Source: an uncultured Candidatus Actinomarinales bacterium (GTDB lineage: Bacteria; Actinomycetota; Acidimicrobiia; Actinomarinales; Actinomarinaceae). From it: 63,419 bases of DNA. The position numbers and the translations under genes are program-made. Positions 57,222-63,419 of this stretch are shown piece by piece. Positions within the stretch are counted from its first letter, which is position 1; every line of letters begins with the position of its first letter. The DNA is taken from NCBI GenBank assembly GCA_963979435.1, contig CAXBVE010000001.1, positions 1 to 63,419 of the forward strand, given 5' to 3'. The notes beneath the pieces were generated by a model. That model was not told the DNA's origin and made no database searches. It saw only the letters and a list, made by a program, of their open reading frames with translations.

Positions 57222-58129
57222 ATATTTTAGCATTTGATGTTGGCGGTACCACTATTAAGTATGGAATAGTAAATGAATACTCAGAAGTCTTGTTAAAAGG
57301 GAGTATTACTACCCCTGGGGATGAAAATAGTTTCTTAGAAACAGTCAATAAAATTATCTCTACAAATCAAAATAGTTTTGATAAAATTTCAATCGCGATG
57401 CCAGGTTTTGTGAATAAACAAGATTCAAGTTACCTCTGGGGTGCAAATTTGAAATATGCTATAGATTTCACAAAAATAAATGGCTTTGATTTTTCAAAAT
57501 TTTCTATTGATAACGACGGGAATGTTGCGGCATATAGTGAGTATTTACTGCACTATTCAAATAAATTTTCTAATTTAATAATGCTTACCTTCGGTACGGG
57601 GATAGGTGGTGGAATAATTGCTGGAGGAAAACTAATTAGGGGTTCTGGGAGTGCAGGTGAAGTTGGCCATATGCTCACCTCAAAGGGTGACGAGGAATAT
57701 TTATGTAACTGTGGAAAAACTGGGTGTTTCGAAGCCAGTACTTCTGCAGCTGCTTGGACAAACGAATGTAAAAGGTTGTCTAAAAAATACCCAGAATCAG
57801 AACTAGCAATGAAATTTTCTGAAGAAAAGCTTGGATCAATAATTTTTGATAGATCAATCGAGTTAAACAGTGAGGAGTCAGCAACAAGAGATAAAATAAT
57901 TGTAAATATTTCAAATGGTTTAGTCAGTCTTTTTGAGATATTCGACAATGAAGCTTTTATTCTCGGAGGTTCTATGGCTGGCAAGCCTTATGATTTAGTG
58001 CTTCTAATTAATCAAGATATCAAAAATAGATTTCAGTTTCCATCACGGGTTTTTCCACAAATATTAGTCTCAACTCAAAAAGGAGAAGCTGGGATAGTTG
58101 GTGCTGCACTTATAGCTCAAAATGAATAA
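57218..58129 (+). CDS. ROK family sugar kinase (glucokinase-like)
   Basis: FDVGGTTIKYG, GTGIGGGII, GEVGHM and the CNCGKTGCFE zinc motif. Confidence 0.8.
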   Translation: MNILAFDVGGTTIKYGIVNEYSEVLLKGSITTPGDENSFLETVNKIISTNQNSFDKISIAMPGFVNKQDSSYLWGANLKYAIDFTKINGFDFSKFSIDNDGNVAAYSEYLLHYSNKFSNLIMLTFGTGIGGGIIAGGKLIRGSGSAGEVGHMLTSKGDEEYLCNCGKTGCFEASTSAAAWTNECKRLSKKYPESELAMKFSEEKLGSIIFDRSIELNSEESATRDKIIVNISNGLVSLFEIFDNEAFILGGSMAGKPYDLVLLINQDIKNRFQFPSRVFPQILVSTQKGEAGIVGAALIAQNE

Positions 58130-58805
58130 AAATATTTCCGTACTTCTTCCAGGAAGTTTTTTCGAGAAAGATTATCAGTACAAAATAAGTTATCTATCTA
58201 AAAATCAAGTTGACTGTGTTTACTTGTTTGATCATTCCGTAAACCCAGTAGACGAAAATAGGGCTGTATATGACATCAAAAAGGCATTGTCATTACTCCA
58301 AGAAAGTCACGAAAATAATTTCAAGCTAGGTCTCTGTGTTCTTAATATTAATAGTAGGAAAAAAGATTTATTTTTTTCTAACTTTATTAACCCAATTATG
58401 GAAATTCAAGATTTTAGACTTGGTCTAGGAACTGGAGACAATAAATACACAGACACAACTCCAAAATATGCATATGACTTAGATTCTATAATCTTTGAGT
58501 TGATCAGTGAATATACCTTTTCCTTGGATGGAAGAAATTTATTTCTTGGAGGTACCTCACAGAAAAAAATAGAACTAGTAAGTAAATACTCCATTGGAAT
58601 TAACCAATGGCTTGGAAATTCTCAAGATTTAATCAACCTTTCGGAAGATCTTCCTAAAAAAGACCCTATATTTGGTAAATTTAGTCAATGTATAAAACCT
58701 AGTGATGTTGGTACAATTCTACCGGATAGTTTTGAAAAGATAATTGTATTAAAAGATACAAATACAAAGAAATTCTACTCTGAGGTAGATAAAATCTTCA
58801 CATGA
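58122..58805 (+). CDS. Hypothetical protein, possibly a shortened and divergent LLM (luciferase-like) fold
   Basis: The pattern D.VYLFDH ... KLGLCVLN ... RLGLGTGDN ... LFLGGTS.K..ELV..YS.G.NQW parallels LLM motifs. Weak assignment. Confidence 0.35.
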   Translation: MNKNISVLLPGSFFEKDYQYKISYLSKNQVDCVYLFDHSVNPVDENRAVYDIKKALSLLQESHENNFKLGLCVLNINSRKKDLFFSNFINPIMEIQDFRLGLGTGDNKYTDTTPKYAYDLDSIIFELISEYTFSLDGRNLFLGGTSQKKIELVSKYSIGINQWLGNSQDLINLSEDLPKKDPIFGKFSQCIKPSDVGTILPDSFEKIIVLKDTNTKKFYSEVDKIFT

Positions 58806-59977
58806 GCAATTTTTCAAATAAACTAGTAAATAATTTTCCGGAGTATCTTTTCAATGAAATTAATAAACAGAAACTAGAAGCGAGAAAAAATGGAAGAGAC
58901 GTAATTGATCTAGGTTATGGTAACCCAGATATTCCCACCCATACAAGAGTTGTTGACAAGCTTATAGAATCGGCACAGAATAAAAAAAATCATAAATATT
59001 CAGTTTCAAAAGGAATACTAGGTTTAAGAACCGCAATGAAAGACAGGTACAAAAGAATCTATGAAGTGGATTTGCACGAGGGTGAAAATATCGTGAATAC
59101 TATTGGCAGCAAAGAAGGTTTGACACATTTACTCATGTCTGTTCTTGATAAGGGTGACAATATTGTAGTTCCCGACCCAAGCTATCCGATACATCACTAT
59201 GCTCCACTGATTGCTGGAGGAAATCCCATAAAAATTAAATGCTTGAATCCTGAAGATTTTCTATCAGAGTTAGTAAAAGTTCTGACAACAATAGATGTAA
59301 AAGTAGTTTTAGTATCTTTTCCTCATAACCCTACAACAATTACAGTCACACAAGATTTTTACGAGGAACTAGTTTTTCTTGCTCGAAAGCACAATTTTCT
59401 TATAGTAAATGATTTTGCATATTCGGATGTTTATTTTGACGGACCAAGACCCCCATCTCTTTTGCAATCAGATAAAGAATTAACAAACTCCGTTGAGTTG
59501 TACTCACTTACTAAGGGATATTCTATGGCTGGCTGGAGAGTAGGGTTTGCTATAGGAAACAAGGAAGCTATACAGGCATTAACAAAACTCAAGTCCTATA
59601 TTGATTATGGAACATTTCAGCCAATTCAAATAGCTTCTACAGTTGCAATAAATGACTTAGATGAATATCCATTAGAAGTTTCAGACATTTACAGAGAAAG
59701 AAGAATACTGGTTACTGAAAGTCTAGAATCTCTTGGATTCGATGTTTACCAATCTAACGCAACAATGTTTGTCTGGGCAAAAATTCCGCTAGCTTCAAAA
59801 AAGACATCTATGGATTTCTCGTTAGCTGTTTTAGAAAAATCAAATGTCGCAATTTCTCCCGGTATTGGATTTGGAAGCGAAGGGGAGGGGCATATCAGAA
59901 TTGCACTTGTAGAAAATAAACAAAGGATTAGACAAGCTATGAAAAACATGCAAATTTTTTTCGATGATAAAATATAA
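58802..59977 (+). CDS. Class I/II pyridoxal-phosphate aminotransferase (AlaT/AspC-like)
   Basis: LGYGNPD, NP.NPTT, and SLTKGYSMAGWRVGF containing the PLP lysine. Confidence 0.85.
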   Translation: MSNFSNKLVNNFPEYLFNEINKQKLEARKNGRDVIDLGYGNPDIPTHTRVVDKLIESAQNKKNHKYSVSKGILGLRTAMKDRYKRIYEVDLHEGENIVNTIGSKEGLTHLLMSVLDKGDNIVVPDPSYPIHHYAPLIAGGNPIKIKCLNPEDFLSELVKVLTTIDVKVVLVSFPHNPTTITVTQDFYEELVFLARKHNFLIVNDFAYSDVYFDGPRPPSLLQSDKELTNSVELYSLTKGYSMAGWRVGFAIGNKEAIQALTKLKSYIDYGTFQPIQIASTVAINDLDEYPLEVSDIYRERRILVTESLESLGFDVYQSNATMFVWAKIPLASKKTSMDFSLAVLEKSNVAISPGIGFGSEGEGHIRIALVENKQRIRQAMKNMQIFFDDKI

Positions 59978-59979
59978 TC

Positions 59980-61005
59980 ATGATTGATTTACGCTCTGAC
60001 ACTGTTACGAAGCCCTCTAAAGAAATGTTACAAAAAGTATTAGAGGCTGAACTAGGTGATGATGAATATAAAGAGGATCCTACTGTAAACAGTCTTGAAG
60101 AGTACTGCTCTGAACTTATGGGATTCGAAAGTGGTCTTTTTGTAACTTCAGGTTTAATGGGAAATCAAATCTCCTTATTAATTCACAGTAATCCAGGTGA
60201 AGAAGTGATAACTACAAAAGACTCACATATCAAAAATTATGAGCATGGTGCAGCGGCCTTCCTGTCTAGAACACAATTTAGAGACATTGAGAGCACTAGT
60301 GGAGTTTATGACCTGGACAGCCTCTCAGAAACAATAAAAGAGTCGAAAGTAAACAAGCCGCTAATAAAAGTTTTGGCTTCAGAAAATACCCACCTTGCTT
60401 CAGGTGGAAGCATACTTCCTTTTGAACACATTAAATCTTTATCTAAAATCTCGAAATCTAATGGATTGAAATTTCATATGGACGGTGCAAGAATTTGGCA
60501 TGCGATACTCACCGATCCTCAATCTATAGAATATGGAAAATATTGCGACAGTTTAACTTTTTGTTTTTCAAAGGGACTAGGTGCGCCTATTGGCTCAATG
60601 CTTATGGGTGATAAAAATTTTATTAATGAAGCTAGGGAGTATAGAAAAAAACTTGGAGGGGGGATGAGGCAAGTCGGTATTATTGCTTCTGCGGCACGAT
60701 ATGCAATAGAGAATAGAGATCATCTTCTCGAAGACCATAAGAAAGCATCTGATGTAAACAATTCAATTGAAAAAGATAATAGATCTTTTCATACTGCCAC
60801 CTATAAAGGGACTAATATGTTATTTTTTTCATTTGACACAACTGATAGTGCTGAAATATTCAGAAAAAAATTGGAAGAAAAAAATATAATTTCTGGATTT
60901 ATTAAAAAAGATATTATTAGATTAGTTTTCCATAAAGACGTTGAGATTGATAAAGTAGATTCTATAGTTGAAGCTATTAACTATTCTTCTTCCATTGACA
61001 TCTGA
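59980..61005 (+). CDS. ltaE: Low-specificity L-threonine aldolase
   Basis: IDLRSDTVTKPS, MGNQ, HMDGAR, FSKGLGAP.GS. Confidence 0.85.
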   Translation: MIDLRSDTVTKPSKEMLQKVLEAELGDDEYKEDPTVNSLEEYCSELMGFESGLFVTSGLMGNQISLLIHSNPGEEVITTKDSHIKNYEHGAAAFLSRTQFRDIESTSGVYDLDSLSETIKESKVNKPLIKVLASENTHLASGGSILPFEHIKSLSKISKSNGLKFHMDGARIWHAILTDPQSIEYGKYCDSLTFCFSKGLGAPIGSMLMGDKNFINEAREYRKKLGGGMRQVGIIASAARYAIENRDHLLEDHKKASDVNNSIEKDNRSFHTATYKGTNMLFFSFDTTDSAEIFRKKLEEKNIISGFIKKDIIRLVFHKDVEIDKVDSIVEAINYSSSIDI

Positions 61006-61211
61006 TTCCATTCAGTTATTGATTTTTCAGATAAATTAACTAAAACAAAAACTCCACCTAGTGCAACAGAATTTGAAATTAATACATTTAATAAAATATC
61101 TGTTAAACAATCAGATGCACAAAAGGCATTACCTAAAACGTAGCCGATATAGCTAGCTAAAAAGGTTGTCAGAAGATAAACAATTACTTTAGATCTGTTG
61201 CTAAATTTCAT
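60981..61211 (-). CDS. Small two-TM membrane protein (hypothetical)
   Basis: ORF with two hydrophobic helices. No homology recognised. Its 3' end overlaps the ltaE 3' end by 25 nt. Confidence 0.35.
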   Translation of the reverse strand: MKFSNRSKVIVYLLTTFLASYIGYVLGNAFCASDCLTDILLNVLISNSVALGGVFVLVNLSEKSITEWNQMSMEEE

Positions 61212-61234
61212 AAGGATATTAAGTTTAGCTTATT

Positions 61235-61459
61235 ATGGTTATTGTTAATCCTTGGATCACATTATTGAGCTTCGTTTATTTTATAGTTGCGGGTTTTGGT
61301 GCATTTATTTTTAGTAGGTTTGTAGTTGAAAACTACTTAGAAATATTTAGATCTAAGTTCTTTAAATTTCTTGAACCTGTGGTTGGAATTTCTAGTTTCT
61401 CATTGTTTTTTGGTGGAGCGTTAACTTTGTTGTATTATCTTCTAACGATGTCTCAATAA
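61235..61459 (+). CDS. Small two-TM membrane protein (hypothetical)
   Basis: ORF with two hydrophobic helices, divergent from the previous small ORF. Confidence 0.35.
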   Translation: MVIVNPWITLLSFVYFIVAGFGAFIFSRFVVENYLEIFRSKFFKFLEPVVGISSFSLFFGGALTLLYYLLTMSQ

Positions 61460-62001
61460 TTATGAGTTAATAGTTCACCATTTTTAATTTCTTGTATTCC
61501 GCAATGCATCGGTTTATTTTCATTGAAAACACCAGATTTAGTTTTGTAGTACGTAAAAGCTCTGATCGTATCTTGATGAGATACAAATAATGTATTATTG
61601 AAGTTTTCATAAACAACATTAACCCTTTCGAAAACAATTTGTAAATCTTCAGTTGTATTCTCAACCTCAAGCGGATTATTTAAGTATTTCGGGTAGTCCT
61701 TAGTTTTAGAGAATTCATCAAAAGTTGTACCCAACCAACCTGTTACTCCGCTCCATTCGTAAAGATTATAAGAAATATCAATTTCAACTTTTAAAAATTC
61801 AGATACAAGTTTTGAAGTTTCTCTTGCTCTTAAAATAGGGGAGGTGATAATTTTATCTATTTTAAAGTTTTCGTTGATAAATTTTCCAGCATTTCTCGCT
61901 TGTTTGATTCCATCTAGACTTAATCGGTATCCTGGAATATCGCCATACATAATATTTTTAACATTTTGAACCTCGCCATGTCTTAAAAATAAATTGCTCA
62001 T
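61453..62001 (-). CDS. Histidine phosphatase (phosphoglycerate mutase-like) family protein
   Basis: N-terminal LRHGE catalytic motif, SPILRARET and a distal SHQD. Confidence 0.75.
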   Translation of the reverse strand: MSNLFLRHGEVQNVKNIMYGDIPGYRLSLDGIKQARNAGKFINENFKIDKIITSPILRARETSKLVSEFLKVEIDISYNLYEWSGVTGWLGTTFDEFSKTKDYPKYLNNPLEVENTTEDLQIVFERVNVVYENFNNTLFVSHQDTIRAFTYYKTKSGVFNENKPMHCGIQEIKNGELLTHNY

Positions 62002-62039
62002 AATTACAGGGTAGTTTCAATTTATATTAAAATCTAAAC

Positions 62040-62390
62040 ATGGCATTAAACAAAAAAGAAGAAGAAATATTAAAACAGATTGAACTGGAGCTTTCAAAAG
62101 AAGATCCGGATCTAGCTAAGACAGTAGAGACATCAACTCTTTCTAGTTTTTCAAGAACTAGATCTGTTATTTCCTTTGGTACTTTTGTTTTAGGATTACT
62201 TACAATGCTAGGAAGCTACATCGTACAGCCGGTTATTGCTATGGCTGGCTTTGCATTGATGGCAGTATCTGGATATGTCTTCGTAAGAAACACCAAAGCA
62301 TTGCTCAAAGCAGAGAATATAAATGAATGGAATTTCAAACAGGTTTATTCTGTAATAAGAAATAAAGATACTTCTAGACAAACTAAATAG
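62040..62390 (+). CDS. DUF3040-like membrane protein
   Basis: N-terminal L..KEEEILKQIELELSKEDPDLA helix followed by two TM helices. This architecture is typical of the actinobacterial DUF3040 family. Confidence 0.65.
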   Translation: MALNKKEEEILKQIELELSKEDPDLAKTVETSTLSSFSRTRSVISFGTFVLGLLTMLGSYIVQPVIAMAGFALMAVSGYVFVRNTKALLKAENINEWNFKQVYSVIRNKDTSRQTK

Positions 62391-62433
62391 ATTTAATTAA
62401 ATTTAATATACATCACTATTTAGGAGTAAGGTT

Positions 62434-62925
62434 TTGAAAAGAGATGCTTTTACATCAAAGCAAGCAAGTTATTTAACTGGTTGCACTTCGCACCAATTAA
62501 GATATTGGGACAAAGTTAAACTTGTGTCACCAAGTATCCAGTCTTCAAATGGCAAGCCCGGTGTTCCAAAACTTTATTCATTCAGAGACATAGTTTCTCT
62601 AAGAGTGGTTAAAACTCTCTTAGATAATGGAATGAGCATTCAAAGAGTAAGGCGAGCATGGAAATACTTATCTAAAAATGGAAATCTTATCTCTGAACTT
62701 TCAGAAATAAAGTTAGTTTCCGATGGGGAGACAATTTACTCTGTCGAAGAGGACCAAGTTTTTGACGCACTCAAGTCTGGACAACTTGCATTCTTTGAAA
62801 CAATTGATGATATAGCCAAAGAAGTAAAAGAAGATGTCTCAAAATTTGAGCTTGATAAGGAAAGATTTTTAAACTTACTAACTAAAGTTGAAGAAGATGT
62901 CATTAATCAAGAAATGCAAGCTTAA
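62434..62925 (+). CDS. MerR family transcriptional regulator
   Basis: N-terminal HTH FTSKQASYLTGCTSHQLRYWDK..LV.PS ... YSFRDIV.LR. TTG start. Confidence 0.8.
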   Translation: MKRDAFTSKQASYLTGCTSHQLRYWDKVKLVSPSIQSSNGKPGVPKLYSFRDIVSLRVVKTLLDNGMSIQRVRRAWKYLSKNGNLISELSEIKLVSDGETIYSVEEDQVFDALKSGQLAFFETIDDIAKEVKEDVSKFELDKERFLNLLTKVEEDVINQEMQA

Positions 62926-62954
62926 TCCACTGAGAGCTATTTACCGTGGGTAAC

Positions 62955-63419
62955 GTGAATACTCACAAGACATTAATATTAAATTCTACTTTTCAACCAC
63001 TTTCTTTAGCTACACCACAACGAGCACTTGCACTTTTGTTTAGTAAAAAAATAAATGTTCTTAAAGAATCCGATATAAAATTAAGATCTGTTGGCCAATC
63101 TGTTGCTATTCCAAAAGTAGCTGTTTTGACTTATTTTGTAAAAGCTCCATATGCGAGGAGAGTAGCTCTAAATAGGGAAAATATTTTTATACGCGACTCT
63201 TATGCTTGTCAATACTGTAGTAATGATGCTGAGTCAATAGATCATATAATTCCAAAGTCTAAGGGTGGTTCTCATGAATGGAGTAATGTAGTTGCATGCT
63301 GTAAAAAATGTAATCTTTTAAAAGCAGATAAATTATTGAATAAAACTAGTTTGAATCTTAAAGTTACTCCAAAAATACCTGAGGGAAACTTTTGGATCAA
63401 AACAATTATTGGTAACAAT
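62955..63419 (+). CDS. HNH endonuclease family protein, 3'-truncated by the window end
   Basis: My own translation from the GTG at 62955 is MNTHKTLILNSTFQPLS...CQYCSNDAESIDHIIPKSKGGSHEWSNVVACCKKCNLLKAD. It stays open to the window edge and is absent from the ORF track. Confidence 0.8.
   Translation, partial: MNTHKTLILNSTFQPLSLATPQRALALLFSKKINVLKESDIKLRSVGQSVAIPKVAVLTYFVKAPYARRVALNRENIFIRDSYACQYCSNDAESIDHIIPKSKGGSHEWSNVVACCKKCNLLKADKLLNKTSLNLKVTPKIPEGNFWIKTIIGNN

Noticed and set aside
57553-57984. 143-aa minus-strand ORF inside the ROK kinase gene
   Set aside because: It is antisense to a CDS with ROK signature motifs, and its Pro/Ser-rich composition marks it as an artefact.
60981-61459. 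Divergent pair of small two-TM ORFs, considered as a toxin/holin-like or bacteriocin-immunity pair
   Set aside because: Only hydrophobic helices are visible, with no motifs or partner genes. They are retained as low-confidence hypothetical CDSs only.
1-63419. CRISPR arrays, restriction-modification, toxin-antitoxin or other defence systems, and prophage genes
   Set aside because: No regularly spaced repeats were seen. No Cas, methyltransferase, Abi, toxin or phage structural motifs were recognised in any ORF. The only nuclease-like genes are a DnaQ-type exonuclease and a solitary HNH protein, both in housekeeping context.

Overview
This is an AT-rich, tightly packed bacterial chromosomal segment with many 1-35 nt gene overlaps and almost no intergenic DNA. 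Several genes point to a streamlined low-GC marine actinobacterium, possibly Actinomarinales-like; this is inference from gene content and no search was run. Those genes are an LCP wall-polymer ligase, an MMPL transporter, DUF3040, the Nif3/DUF164/RNase HI triad, an Fgd-like F420-type LLM enzyme and ilvBNC. Positions 1-29588 begin with the 3' part of a tRNA(CAT) and then run as one uninterrupted cell-envelope glycan island of about 27 genes. The island encodes LCP, two classes of initiating phosphoglycosyl transferase, six GT-B glycosyltransferases, one Wzx flippase and three Wzy/O-antigen-ligase-like proteins. It also encodes UDP-GlcA, UDP-Xyl, UDP-GalA and UDP-ManNAcA-type sugar-nucleotide enzymes, an AsnB-type amidotransferase and a heparinase II/III-like protein. 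Positions 29.6-63.4 kb are core genome: ppc, an M15 peptidase, MMPL, Nif3-DUF164-rnhA and an unannotated RNase P RNA. A complete System I cytochrome c maturation cluster (ccmABC-EFH-TPR-G) follows. It runs without gaps into a DnaQ-like exonuclease, TrmH, a nitroreductase and leuB-leuA-ilvC-ilvN-ilvB, followed by queG, ilvD and further housekeeping genes. The items most worth a second look: (1) a Wzy-like membrane protein carrying an inserted lectin-like domain of about 285 aa. (2) The mosaic uronic-acid/xylose glycan island, possibly specifying a phosphate-free teichuronic-acid-type wall polymer. (3) A 16-codon Leu/Val/Ile-rich leader ORF plus terminator upstream of ilvB, which also shows that the 5' end of the tracked ilvB ORF is spurious. 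(4) A proteobacteria-style Ccm system lacking ccmD in an apparently actinobacterial context. I saw no CRISPR array, transposase, integrase, prophage or recognisable defence system.
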